In this document: piece by piece, positions 12,854-26,225 of the stretch | Layout: each line of letters opens with the position of its first letter | How positions within the stretch are numbered: the first letter of the stretch is position 1 | From: Sphyrna mokarran | Lineage: Eukaryota | Direction of reading: 5' to 3' | Length of the DNA: 64,000 nt | Assembly: GCA_024679065.1 (NCBI GenBank) | Contig: JAGIQG010000040.1 | Location: 4,154,001 to 4,218,000 of the forward strand | Made by a program: the position numbers and the translations under genes | The notes under the pieces: model-generated | What the model was told of the DNA's origin: nothing | Databases searched by the model: none | Seen by the model: the letters and a program-made list of their open reading frames with translations, nothing else

Positions 12854-15800
12854 GTAAGAACCATACATTTATTCAGTCAGTGTTTAATTTGAGTTTTTTT
12901 TTATATTTTTCTCGATTTTATTAATTCACTTGTTCACTGAAATGTGGTTGGTGGATTCTGTGCTGAAAACCTTTACAATATTTCATGTGCTCCTGCTTAA
13001 AATGGGGATTATATAATTCTATTGTTATTTGCTAAAAGTTAATACTGAGTGATTCCGTTTCTTGTTGTGATTTGGTGTTTATTTGCTGAGGACAGTGTGC
13101 GGCTGGGTTACTTTAAATGTTAAACAGTTCGGTGTTTCTGCAACGTTTAATCTCGGTGACATCTAGTGGCTGCAAGTTGCACCATCTACTCCACAAGTGT
13201 TTGAAATCTAACCTAATCTTAACAAAATGCGTTAAAGTTTCTACATTAATGTCATGAACATGTTCCACTTAATCACAAGGCTGGTTATTGTTATATTATT
13301 GTTGTACTTATTATGATTATTAGTTAGTTTGGTGATGGGTGGATTGGCTGGATTTTAAATTGAGATTTTCTGCCAATGTGAAATTTGATTCTGTTGAAAC
13401 TGTAGAATTGAGCGGCTTCTGCATGAACTGGGTGTCAGTCCCTCAGTGATGCATTTTTCTGGTGAGGAGACTGTCTGTCTAGGTGACATTGAATAAATAA
13501 AATTTGTGAAATGTTTTGGCGATTCTGCATTGTTCACACTCCGTGATACTGAGCTGTTATACAGTTTATGATTGAATATAAAGTCTGCGGGTTTTAAACT
13601 ATTTGACGGATGCCTGCACACAGAAATCAGGCTTTATTGAGTTTGTATTTTATAAATTATAACTGATAATTGCTGTTAAACCAAATCACAGTTTATGCCA
13701 CTCGTCTAAAACTTGGTTTGTCACTGCATTTATAATTTGGGATACATGCAATGATTTCCCTCGGTGGCACCAGATGGCTGCAGCTTTTACTATCCAAATG
13801 TTTAAGTGTGTTTGAAATCTGTTTGAAATATGACCCAATATGAATAAAATGTGGTAAAGTTTCAATGTTAATTTGTTTGACATATTCCACCTCCTCGCAA
13901 TGCTATTGCTCTCATTCCAGATTTCTGTTTAGTTTAGCCATTCCTATATTTGGTGAAGAGCTGGTTTTCTGGATTGGATATTGAGATTTTCTTGCAATGA
14001 TATTTTTGATTTTGTTGGACGGATAATTGAGTTGAGGGTCCATGAATCGGATCCATTCCCTCATTGATGTGTTTTGGTGTGTTTCTGTTGAGGAGGTTCT
14101 GCTGTTCTGTCGCTGTGAATGTTTATAGTGTGTGAAATGGTTTGATGTTTCAGCATTGTTTCTGCATTGTTTAAACTCGGTGACACTGAGCGGTTACATG
14201 TTTTCTGGTTGAATGCAAACAATCTGTGAGTTTAAAAATCCTTATAGGGAGAAAACACACAAGTTTTGGGGAAAAATAAAGATACCACAGCATTTTTATA
14301 AACTGTAATTAACGTTTACAAATTAAAATAAATCATGACATACAACGTTCATTCGGACACTAACTCGTTGCTGTAACTAAAAACTTCTCATTAACAAGTT
14401 TAATGGTAAAATGAATATAAAGCAAACATTTTTAAATCGGTAATATAACTCCATATTCAACAAAGACTATTTTATATTAATATCATTATTCATTAATCCC
14501 TCCTAACACACAACTAACATGACCAGAAACGTTTCTAGGCTGGAAATATCTTGTGATAATTCTAAAAACTATTTCAATGATAACAAGCTGTTTCCAAACA
14601 GCGCTCAGTTCAACAAGATATTCTGCGTTAATTGTTATATCCCGATGAATTTCGCATTCACTTAAATCTGAGTTTTGGAGAATAAGGCTTTGCTATTTGG
14701 CAATTTTTGTCTCCGATTAGTACATTTTTTTTTCTGTGCAAGCTCAACATTCCTTCCAAATAATTAGTAATTAATCGCTAATCACATCTCAAAATTTGTG
14801 AAATTGTTTCTCAATAGTTTCTGTATTTTTTTTAACCTCTGTGATCCTGAGCGGTAACTCTTTTTAAACAAACTGCGTTTAAAAATCCTTGTCAGAATAA
14901 AACAAACAGGTATCGGAAAAACATAAAATAAGTTAGAGCATTTCATTCATGATAACCGACTTAAGATAAATCGATTATAATTCTTACTGCGTCGCTATAT
15001 TTTTGTTAGGGATGTTATACTACCCTGAATTTGTTACATTTTATATGCTCATTTTCAGAAAAAAAATGCCCAGTTTTCGAGATTTGAGACAGACAGGGAG
15101 AAGTAGATAAACTTCGAAGAGGATTTTGAAATGAATATCAGTTTAATTTAAAATAAGTTATTGATTTTGTTGTCGTAATGTGACAATTGATCAATTAGAA
15201 TCCCACATTTTGAATGAACTTGACAGAATGAACGCAGTTTTCTGACAGGTGGAATTCGCTAACACTAAGCAATTGTTCATATAATCGTGTTTGTATTGTC
15301 GTAAGGTGCCAACAGAAACTGGCTAGAGATTGACAAGTTAATACTTGAAATTCAAACAGATTAATTTATATAAAAGTATTATAATAATATTATAAAAATA
15401 ATATTTGCCCCGCTCTTAGTAAAAACATCCCGTCTCATTACTGCTGAACACAGAATAGGATTATTGGATGAATAAATGACAGAATAGAAGCATTGATTCT
15501 ATTTGAACATTATGTTTAATTCCTATTAAATATTATATTGAAGAAAAAGTCTCGAGTTATTTTGTGCATCATGTTTCAGTGTTGCACAAGATTTGAATCA
15601 ATTGTCTTCATTGAATTTTTCATTGTTTAATTCAGATTTTCTTAAATTAAACGATATGTTCAGTAATTAAATTGTTTGGATTGTCTAAAGTATTAAATCT
15701 AAGAAGCTGTTTCATCGATCTCAAACTGCCGGGCCTTACAATAAATCCAAATTCATGCATTTTTAACGCGTTTGTAGTTTATAATAAGACATCTGGAATA

Positions 15801-16268
15801 AAAGTGGAAATGAAAACATTACAATGTGATTCGATTTAAACAAATAAATTACAGATGTCTGAATATTTCCACTCAGTAATTTGAAGTTTATTGTTTAAGA
15901 TTTAGTTGGAACCTAATTACCTCACAATGTTCCAGGAAAAGGCGAGTTTTGAATGAATGAAAACTAATTTTATTACGGAGTACAAATCAATAAAAGAAAA
16001 CTAACTGCTAATTAACAATAACAATATTGGTGCTATTAATTTAAAACAAAAGGCTTGAATGGTGTACTGGCGTGTAAAATATCATCCGTTTTAGAGAATG
16101 TTTAATTATACCGAAAATAAATTCAGAAACAAAACATTACTCAGCTATGCTCAGCTCGATAAATTATTTTGCCTTGATTATTTTGTTGATTACATTTAAT
16201 TAAAAAATTAGATCGGATCAGAAACTGATTTTCAATGTAAATGTTTCTTGTTAGTTTAATTCTTACCT

Positions 16269-16378
16269 TGTCACTGCATCTCTTTTAGGGACATTGAACA
16301 GTTACTGTGTCACTGCATCTCTGTTAGGGACATTGAACTGTTACTGTGTCACTGCATCTCTGTTAGGGACATTGAACT
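16269..16378 (+). repeat. 39-bp tandem repeat, ~2.8 copies
   Basis: tgtcactgcatctctgttagggacattgaactgttactg at 16269, 16308, 16347. Confidence 0.9.
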
Positions 16379-17010
16379 ATCCAGAATCTGTTTTTTAATT
16401 GCTCATTTTCAGCGAAATTACATTTTACATTGTTTTCGAGAGATGATACAGACAGAGATAAATAATTAAAAGTCAAAGGGAGTTTTCAAATGAATATCAG
16501 TTTAATGTAAAATAAGTTATTGATTATCTGTTGTTGTAAGTTGACCATTGATCAATAAGAATACAACAGTTTGAATGAAATTTACAGATTGAACATAACA
16601 AGCTGCTGGGAACTCGACTGTTGCACCGTTTGTGTTTGTTCTGTTTCTGTGCGCGTGGTCACTGTGTTGGGACCAGGAATCTCCCTGACTGGTTGTAAAT
16701 CTTTTGGTTCCTTCTGCTGTATTTCGGGAAGTGAAGTTTGACTTATTTCTTCAATACGCTTATATCTGTGAGAAATGTGACAGTTTGACTTGATATTTGA
16801 CTCGGTGTCTCAGAAATGAGATCCCTAAAGCATATTGTGACCAACAGAGAGAGCAGAAGCTTCAGACGTACAGGGAGAATTGGGTGATTTTTAAGCAGTG
16901 ATGTACCTTGGGAATTTCGATGAGCGAATACAATGTGAGATTTACTATATGGTGCCTCATAGTACAGCGGTCCCTGACCTGTTCAGTATGACAGTTGAAG
17001 GGTCAAATTC

Positions 17011-17018
17011 ATTTGCAT
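17011..17018 (-). promoter_or_regulatory. Perfect Ig octamer (ATTTGCAT) in the J-C intron
   Basis: Exact motif; function inferred only from position. Confidence 0.4.
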
Positions 17019-17382
17019 CTTACTTTAATCTTCTAAAGAGTTTAAGAGTCATTTGCTCGGCCTGAATTTTTAATCTTCCCTAATTGTTCCTTCACAAAGT
17101 GTTGGTATGAAGTAACCTTGAATAATTGCAGTTCATATGTTGCAGGCGTTCGCTGTGCTTAAGGCAGGAAGTTCCAGGATTTCGTCCCAGCGACTATGAA
17201 TGAACTGAGATGTTGTTTCATGTCGGGATGGTGTGTGTTGTGGAGGGGAGATTGCAGCTAATAGCGTCTGTATGTGGCTGCTGCCCTTATCCTGTTAGGA
17301 TGTAAAGGTAGCGGGTTTTGACAGTGTATTCTATGGAGCCTTGGTGAGTTGTTGCAGTACATGTTGTATATAATACACTGCT

Positions 17383-17510
17383 GACATTGTATATGGAAGA
17401 GAAGGAAATGGTTTAGTTTGGAGGGGCATTGCTTTTTATATTGGTCGGCGCAACATCGAAGGCCGAAGGGCCTGTTCTGTGCTGTAATGTTCAATGTTCT
17501 ATGTTCTATG
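17383..17510 (+). mobile_element. 5'-truncated CR1-like LINE 3' end with 8-bp target-site duplication
   Basis: Ends in (TTCTATG)n; ACACTGCT at 17375-17382 and 17511-17518; near-identical to 19514-19627. Confidence 0.8.
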
Positions 17511-18113
17511 ACACTGCTTGTTAGTAATGGAGACAGCGAATAGGATGGTTTTGCCCTGTATTGTGTCAAATTTGGTGAGATTTTACAAGTTTCGCTCCTT
17601 AAGGGAAGAGAAAATTATTCAGTTGTGACTGACTTGTGAAACATTTAAATGTTTTTCCAACCCTTGCCCCACAGCCCCTATTGTGCTCATTTGTCACTCC
17701 CACTTACTGTATGTGTGTAGTGAGTGTGCTTTTCCAGAAAGAATCAGCCAGATAGAGACTTACACACATCACACACACATAAATACACACATACACACGG
17801 TCAAATTCTCTCACACATGCATAGGCACAATTACTTTTTTCACTCATCGACATCTTTCTCCTACATTCTCTTTTTCTCACGGTCCAAATAATCTCTCGCA
17901 AACACAAATACGGATATACAAATATACATTGCACACATTTTTCTCACTCACACGCAATCCCATGCACACTCATGAATATATTATTTTGCTTTTCAACAGG
18001 CAAACTTTCCCCTCTTGCAAACGGAGCCCACTGTCTCACATATGTGCAAACGCAATCTATCACTCACAGGTACCCTGACACACACATTCACCCTCTCCCT
18101 CTCTCTCTCTTAG

Positions 18114-18144
<31 letters not shown>

Positions 18145-18194
18145 CTCACACACTTTCCATCTCACATTCAGCAGAGTGACTGTCCTTGGCATCA

Positions 18195-18495
18195 TAGAAT
18201 AGAGTCATAGGATCCTACAGTGGTTAAGGAGGCCACTCAGCCCATCCAGTCTGCATCATCAGCAATTTCACCAAAGACCTATCCCCATAACCACATGTAA
18301 CTAGTCCCCCGACACCATGGGGCAATTTATCATGGCCAATCCACTGAACCCGCACATTTTTGGACTGTGGAAGGAAACGGGAGCACCCGAAGGCCACCAA
18401 AGCAGACACAGGGTGAACTTGCTGACTCCACACACAGTGACCCATATCGGGAATTGAACTGTGAGGCAGCAGCGCTAATCACTGTGTCACGGCGT
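18195..18495 (-). mobile_element. tRNA-derived SINE
   Basis: Reverse-strand SINE body and head (gggaattgaactgtgaggcagcagcgctaatcactgtg). Confidence 0.7.
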
Positions 18496-19089
18496 CCATA
18501 TCACCCCCCCTCCAAAAGAAAAAATATTTGAATGAGGGTGGGATCGAGGAGCCCGAGTAAAACTCAAGTGAATAAGTTTCGGTGGAAAATTCTTCTCTGT
18601 TTGGAGTAATATTTAGCACAAAGCAAGATGGTATTCGTTGTTGGAGGTCAAACATCTAAGTTGAGATATCACTGCAGGAGTTCGGCAGGGGATTGTTCTG
18701 GGACCAACAATCTTCTACTGCTTCATCAATGACATATTTCATCCAACATGAGGTCAGAAGTAGGGATTTCCATGTGTTACACCGGACACAAAGACACAAT
18801 AAATAAGAATGGACTTGGTTGAGACTAAGACCGCCTGGCTCCCCAGTACTGGTGTAAACTTGCTGTTTGATTCCTGTGTGACCCTAGTTTTACTGTAAGC
18901 TTCCCTCCCAGCTCCATCAGTCTGTCTATTTGTTCACTGATTCCTGTTTCTTTAAAAAAAGGCACCGACATTAAAGCAGCTGCCCGGTGATCTGCACGGA
19001 TTCCTGACTTTACACAGCCCTGTTACTGAAAGCGGATCAATGTAGAGAATCGGGAAAAGATCGATGGAGAGGAAGAGGAGGAGGAGGCT

Positions 19090-21370
19090 CACTGACTCTC
19101 TCACCCTCACCCACACTTACTCACCCTCAATCTCTCATCCTCACTCAAAAAGACTCACTCATTCTCATTAACATAACTTTCCTTGCTGACACATTGTCAC
19201 TCACTCACTCTCATTCATTCACCCGCACACACTCATCCTCACACACTCATCCCCACTCACTCATCCCCACTCACTCATCCCCACTCACTCATCCCCACTC
19301 ACTCAACTTTACACATCCCCACTCACTAGCCTTTTTCCTAGGATGGTGAAAGCTAGCACGAGGGGACACAGCTTTAAATTAAGGGGTCATAGTTATAGGA
19401 TGGATATCAGAGGTAGGTTCTTTACCCAAAGGGTGGTTCGGGAGTGGAATGCCCTGCCTGCAGCAGTTGTAGATGCGCCAAGTTTGGTGGCGTTTAAGAG
19501 GTTAGTTGATAAGTATATGGAAGAGAAGGGAATGGTTTAGTTTGGAGGGGCATTGCTTTTTATATTGGTCGGCGCAACATCGAAGGCCGAAGGGCCTGTT
19601 CTGTGCTGTAATGTTCTATGTTCTATGTTCACTCATCCCCACTCACTCATCCCCACTCACTCATCCGCACTCATTCATCCCCAATCACTCAACTTTACTC
19701 ATCCCCACTCACTCATTCCCTCTCACTCATCCTCACAGACTCACTCTCACTCATTCTCACTCAAGTTTACTCACTCATCTTCAGTCACTCACCTTTGTTC
19801 ACTCATCCACTCTCACACACTCACCCTCACACACTCACCCCCACACATTCACCCCCACACACTCACCCCCACACTCTCACCCACACACACTCACCCCCAC
19901 GCACACTCACCCCCACGCACACTCAACCTCAGGCACTCAACCTCAGGCACTCAACCTCAGAAATTCACTGATCCTCACCCTGAGTCATTCCCCCTCATAC
20001 ACACACTCAAAATCTCTCACTCATATTCGCTCACTCACTCTCATCCATCCTCACTCACTCACTCACACTCACTCACATACCCTCATTCAACTTCATTCGT
20101 TCAACCACCATCATATACCCTGATTCACTCATCCTCACACCCTCACTTACTCACTCACATTCACTCACTCACCTCCATTCACTCAGCCTCATACCCTCAC
20201 TCATGCACCCACATTCACCCACTCATACGCACTCACCCTTACACACCCTCACTCACACGCCCTCATTCAGTCACTGTCACTCCGCCACCCATTCTCATAC
20301 ATCATCACTCACTCAACCTCACTCACTCAACCTCACTCACTCAACCTCACTCACTCAACCTCATTCACTCTACCTCACTCACTCAACCTCACTCACTCAA
20401 CCTCACTCACTCAACCTCACTCACTCAACCTCACTCACTCTACCTCATTCACTGACTTACAGCTTCAGTCAGACACCAACATTCATACTCACCTTCATTC
20501 CCTTATCCCACTAGTCCACTCTCACTCACCCAGTTTCACTCACTCTCACTCACCCTCACTCACCCACCCCATTTACCCACTCTCACTCACCAGTCTCACT
20601 CGCTCTCACTCACCCCCACTCATTCACCCCAATGACCCACCCTCACTCATCCAGCCTCACTCTCACTCACACTCACTCACTCACTCACCTATCTACCCTC
20701 ACTCACCCATACTCACCCCCACGCTCTCAAGCTCAATGACCCTCTCTCTCACACACTAATGCCACCGCACCCATTCAAACTCAGACTCAGGCACCCACAT
20801 TCACTCACACACCCTCACATACTCACCATCACTCAACTTCACGCACCCTAACTCACAGATCCTCAATCACTCACCCTCTCTCAAACGCCTTCACTCACTC
20901 ACCCTCATTCTCCCACCCATCTGCATTCATTCTCCCTCACACACTCTCACACACCACCCTCAATAACACACCCTGACTCACTCACTCTCACTCCTCACTT
21001 ACTCAGTCACATTCACTTCCTCATCCTCATTCAGTCACTCTCACTCAGTCTCACTCACCCACCTCCACTAACCTTCACGCATCCTCACTCACTCTTTCTT
21101 TCATTCTTGCTTATCTACACTTATCCAGCCACCTTCACTCACATTCAGCCACCTTCACTCACCTACCCTCTCTAACACACCCTCATTTACTCACTCTCTC
21201 TCATCCTCACCCACAGTTACTCACCCACAATCACTCATCCTCACTCAAAGAACTTCACTCACTCATCCTCACTTACCCACCTTCCGTCACTCATACATCA
21301 TCATTCATCCAATCTCACTCATTCAATCGCTCACCCTCACGCACTCACCTTCTCTCACTCGCACTCACTG
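19090..21370 (+). repeat. Long degenerate (CACT/CACTCAT)n low-complexity tract, almost G-free on the + strand
   Basis: Direct inspection; interrupted by a LINE fragment at ~19329-19627. Confidence 0.9.
19329..19627 (+). mobile_element. CR1-like LINE 3' fragment
   Basis: Encodes TRGHSFKL...FFTQRVVREWNALP, typical of a CR1 ORF2 C-terminus; (TTCTATG) tail. Confidence 0.85.
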
Positions 21371-21439
21371 AATCTGTGTAGGGAGGTCTGCAACGAGAGA
21401 GAAGAAACATCCCAACTGGCAGTTTGGCGTTTAAATATA

Positions 21440-22100
21440 GGAGCTGCCCTGGGAGTGCAGAGAGCGGGAGGGAATCGGTAGGGTCTCGGGGCCAGGAACA
21501 ATAGCAAAGAGCACTCACAGAGCAGGCGGGGGGAAGGCAGAGAGCCAGGGGAAACAGCAGAGAGCTGGGGAAAGGGCAGAAAGCCGGGGGAAGGGGCACA
21601 CAGCTGAGGAACAAGGCGAAAAGACGGGAGAAAGGGCAGAGAGAGAGGAGAAAGGGCAGGGAGCAAGGAGAAAGGGCAGAGAGACCAATGAAAGGGGAAA
21701 GAACTGAGAGAAAGGACAGAGATGGGAGATAAGGTAGAGAGACCAGGAGAAAGAGAAACAGCCAAGAGAAAGGGCAAGGAGGCAGGAGAAAGGGCAGGGA
21801 GGTAGGAGAAAGGCAGGGAGCCGAGGGAGAGGGCAGAGAGCGCAGGGGAAAGGGCAGAAGAGTCAGGAGGGAAGGTCAGAGAGCTGGGGGAAAGGAGAAA
21901 GAAGGTAGAGAGCAGGGACAGAGGGCAGAGAGCCGAGGGAAAGTGTAAGGGGCAGAGGGCATAGAACTGGAGAGAAGTGTAGAGAGCCAAGTGGAAATAC
22001 AGAGAGCTGGATGAAAGGGGTAAAGAGCCACTGCTAATGGCAGAGAGCCATGGGGAAAGGGCAAAGAGCTGGGAACATGGGCAGAGAGCTGGTGACAAAT
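21440..22100 (+). repeat. Purine/G-rich degenerate repeat (GGGCAGAGAGCTGGGG-like units)
   Basis: Direct inspection. Confidence 0.85.
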
Positions 22101-23045
22101 GGGCGGAATGAGGAGGTTCAAAATAGAACTAGCACCACAATCAGATCATGTGTAATCTTATTGAATGATGGAAGAGATTTCAGGGCCCGAATGGCCAACT
22201 CTTGCTATTAATGTATGATCCTTCAATTAGTCAATGTTGCATTTATTTGAATTTGTAATCACAGTTAGAGTTTCCTGATCAGTCAGTAAATATTCATTCC
22301 GGAGGTATCTTTGATGCAAAGTCACTAATCTTCGTTTTGTGGAGCAATTATTTGAGGTAGGAAGGGGCATCAATCAGTTTGAACATAGGCAGTTTCCAAA
22401 ACTTAGTGTGAAGATGTTGACGTTAGGTTGGTGTGGGCACAGTAAGGATTCTCACAACACCAGGTTAAAGTCCAACAGGTTTATTTGGAATCGCGAGCTT
22501 TTGGAGCTCCCTCATCAGGTGAGTGGATGATATGAATGAAGAGACAACTCGTCCATCACAAAGTGCTGTTGTTCGGGAAATAAATAGTTGTTGCAATAAT
22601 GGAGAATTCTTTGCTCTTCTCTGTTAATCCAATGAATGATATATCATTTTGAGACTATCAGAATGTGTTTTTCCCTTCCTAATTTGATAGAAGTGGAAAC
22701 AGGGATATGAGTTTCTATAGAGATGACGATTCCCAAATGATAGAAGTAACACAATTCAAAGGTGGATGTGGTTTTAATCGGGAATATTAGGATAAATTCA
22801 TAATTCTAATCAATGTTCAAGATAGAAGCATAGAAAATAGCATCTGGAGTAGGCCATTCGGCCCTTTGAGTCTACTCCACCATTCACTTGGGTCAGAATT
22901 CATCAATATCCTGATCATATCTACTACCCATATTCCTTTAACACCAGGAGCTATATCTAATACAAATATCTTTGTAACAACATGTTTGATGACTTAATAA
23001 ACGCAAATAAGAGTCTAACTTTTTCAATCTCCTGTTCTTACCCAG

Positions 23046-23345
23046 CGACACCATCTCCGCCCACTCTCTACAGCCTGGTGTCCTCCTGTGATCAACACAG
23101 CTCCGACGGTTCCGTCATCTATGGATGTTTGGCGATGGATTACTTTCCAGATGTCTCCAAACTGACCTGGAAGAAAAATGGGCAACAGATCACCACTGGG
23201 TTTAAGACTTACCCGTCAGTGAGAAACACGAAGGGAACCTACACCCTGAGCAGCCAGTTAACCATCCCCGGCTCAGCGGGACAATGTCCCAGAATTGACT
23301 GTGAGGTTCGACACAGCGACACAGTCAAGAGTGTTGAAATGCAAT
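23046..23345 (+). CDS. IGHM: IgM C-mu1 exon
   Basis: Acceptor cccag; [15 protein letters not shown]...GCLAMDYFP...W...TYPSV...CEVRH; donor T|GTAAG. Confidence 0.93.
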
Positions 23346-23554
23346 GTAAGTGTTGTGTAGCTAGTGTAAAACAAAAACGCTGTGGAAATCCTGTGTAGGG
23401 CCTTGGTTGTAATTCATTTAAATAGATGTGCATAATCTGGACCCATGGATTGTCCCGGTTAGTGTCTGTTGACTGCAATTGAGTCAGTAATGTAGAAAGA
23501 AGTGTGATTGATCAACATCTTCTGCACGAAATGACGAATGTGTGTTTTCTGAAG

Positions 23555-23869
23555 GTCCTAAGGATGATATCCACCCAACTGTTATCCTCATCGTGAGTTC
23601 CAGTGAAGAAATCACATGCAGGAAATTTGCAACCATCGTCTGTTCAATCATCGACTTCTATCCAAAGTCAATGACGGTGAATTGGCTGAAGAATGGAAAA
23701 CACATAGATTCAGGAATTGTCACCTCTCCCGCCTACCAAGTGAACGGGAACTTCTCGGCCAGCAGTCGGCTGACGGTCTCTTCTGGGGAATGGTTCAGTA
23801 AAGCGGTCTATAGCTGCCAAGTCACTCATCAAGGATTCACTCAGAGTCAGAACATCAGCGCATCACAGG
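23555..23869 (+). CDS. IGHM: IgM C-mu2 exon
   Basis: Acceptor ttttctgaag; [10 protein letters not shown]...WLKNG...YSCQVTH; donor G|GTAAG. Confidence 0.93.
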
Positions 23870-24707
23870 GTAAGAGACTCAAAACGAGGATAAAATATAC
23901 CGCTCTGATGTTAATCGGAATTAGGATCTATTAAAATTAGTACAAAGCATCGAACAATTTCTAATTTACTGACATGTGTATTGCTGCATTAGGGCAGTTT
24001 CCCATTCAGAATTTCATCTCAACAGCAATTTTCGTTGTCTCTTCATGAGATGTGCATTTATTTCCCATCCCTGGGGAGGGGCACTTAAGTGTCAACCACG
24101 TTGCTGTGGATATGGAGTCACATACATGCCAGGCAAGATAAAGAGAACAAATTTACTTTTCTAAAGAACATTCGTGAACCAGGATGGGCTTTTACAACAA
24201 AGACCTCATGATGATCATTTGACTTATAATTATGGATGTTTATTAAATTCATGTTTCACCATCTGCAATGGTGAGATTCGAATCTATTTCTCCAGAGTCC
24301 TTGCTGTCGGCTAGTGGCCTTGCTGTCAGCTTTTTCCTGAGACAGAGGGTAAGATTTGGAGAGGCAGTAGGTATCGGACTGTTTCACAGGTCACAGCACA
24401 GGGAGTAAAACATTAGAAAGTGCATCCACCCCATTTATAAACCAACTGCCAGTACTTTGTTCCTGAGTTTCGGCATTGTTATATTTGTTTGGGAATGCTA
24501 CAATGCTGATCCATGAGAATGATACTGTTGCTAAAATACTTCAATGAAGAGAATAATTTCACACAGCAAGCAGGTTTTCCATCCCCTATAGAGGTTGAAA
24601 TGTGATAGAGATTGATATATCTCAGGCAACTTTGTCTCCTTCAGTCTGAGTACTGCTGTCCTGCTTCTGAAGGGGAACTAGGGTTGATTTTCATTTGTCA
24701 TTTACAG

Positions 24708-25016
24708 ATTCTTCCCAGTGCCATGTTTCCACAGTGACGATACGGCCGCCCCCAATAGAGCAGGTCTTACTGGAGGCGACAGTGACCTTAACCTGCATCA
24801 TTTCCAATGCTCCTTATGGAGTCAACGTGTCCTGGATCCAAGACAGGAATTACCTGAAATCAGAGATTGCAGAAAAGCCCGGAGAGGATCCTGACAGCGT
24901 GATCAGCAACTTAAACATCTCGACACAATCCTGGCTGAGTGGGATTGTGTTTGAGTGCGTGGTGAGCCATCAGGATCTGCCGACTCCTTTAAGAAAATCT
25001 ATCCACAAGGAAACAG
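24708..25016 (+). CDS. IGHM: IgM C-mu3 exon
   Basis: Acceptor tttacag; [17 protein letters not shown]...[14 protein letters not shown]; donor AG|GTGAG. Confidence 0.94.
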
Positions 25017-25029
25017 GTGAGCTGAGAGA

Positions 25030-25755
25030 TTGAAGCAGTAAATGTAGCGTCAACGGCAGGGTTCTGAGGAATGTGGAGGAACAGAGAGAATCTTGGGGTT
25101 CACATCCATCTCTGAAGGTTGTCACTCAAGCGGATAGATCCGTGAAGAAGGCTTATTTTGTGTTCGCGTTTATTACCAGCGGGTTTGAGTTTAAGAGCCG
25201 TGGGGTTATGCTGCAACTATACCGGACCACATTTGGAATATTGTGTGCAGTTCTAGTCGCCTCACTGTAAAAAGCATATGGAAGCATTGGAGAGAGTGCA
25301 GAGGAGATTTACCAGGCAGGTTTGGAGGGTAGGTCTTATGAGGAAAGGTTGAGGGAGCTGGGGCTTTTCTCTTTAGAGCGGAGGAGGATGAGAGGCGACT
25401 TAATGGAGGTTTATAAGATGATGAGGGGGATAGATAGAGTGGACATGCAGAGACTATTTCGTTGGGCGGATGTAGCTGTTACGAAGGGGGCATAACTTTA
25501 AAGTTCATGGTGGGAGATACAGGGGGGGTGTCCGAGGTAGATTCATTACCCAGAGAATGGTTGGGGTGTGGAATGCACTGCCTGCTGTGATAGTGGAGTT
25601 GGACACTTTAGGAATTTTCAAGCAGTTATTAGATAGGCACATGGAGCACCCCAGAATGATAGGGAGTGGGATAGCTTGATTTTGGGTTTGGACATAGCTC
25701 GGCACAACATTGAGGGCCGAAGGGCCTGTGTTATGCCGTACTGTTCTATGTTTCT
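25030..25755 (+). mobile_element. CR1-like LINE fragment
   Basis: Degenerate CR1 ORF2 C-terminal motifs (gagagagtgcagaggagatttaccagg; [20 protein letters not shown]) and ttctatg tail. Confidence 0.85.
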
Positions 25756-26225
25756 ATATAAATGCATCACAGTGAGTATCTCCAGTGGCAAATTCAATAT
25801 TCAGTATTCAGAGCAGTAATGGTCTCCCGTTGAATGGAAACACGAATAACTAAAAGACATTGGGCCGGTCGATATTTTTACGGGGAAGTTTGATGTGTTG
25901 ATGGTTGAAAAGTGAACTGAAGGCGATGTTTTTGGGTTTAGATCGAAAAAGAAGGAAGGAGCCTGATGTGGAGCATAAAACCAGAAAACCAAAATGAAAA
26001 GTAGATCAGTTGAGCCAAATTCTATGCTGTAAACTTGCTGAAATTTTCCAGTCCAACCCCATAGTTATTTGAGAAAACAATTGGAAAACCTCCCCTCCAA
26101 GCTGGAAATCAAAAATGGAAACATTTAAAATCAAAAGAGAAGCCCATTTTCCTGATATCTAACCAGCGGTTTGATTGTCTCCAGAATCCTCCAGTTTATT
26201 GACATTTATTGTACATTTTCTGCAG

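Noticed and set aside
19506-20514. Long His/Ser/Thr-rich ORFs (up to 300 aa)
   Set aside because: Artefacts of the stop-poor CACT repeat, open in several frames
21345-22121. 247-aa Leu/Ser/Pro ORF on the minus strand
   Set aside because: Translation of the low-complexity purine tract
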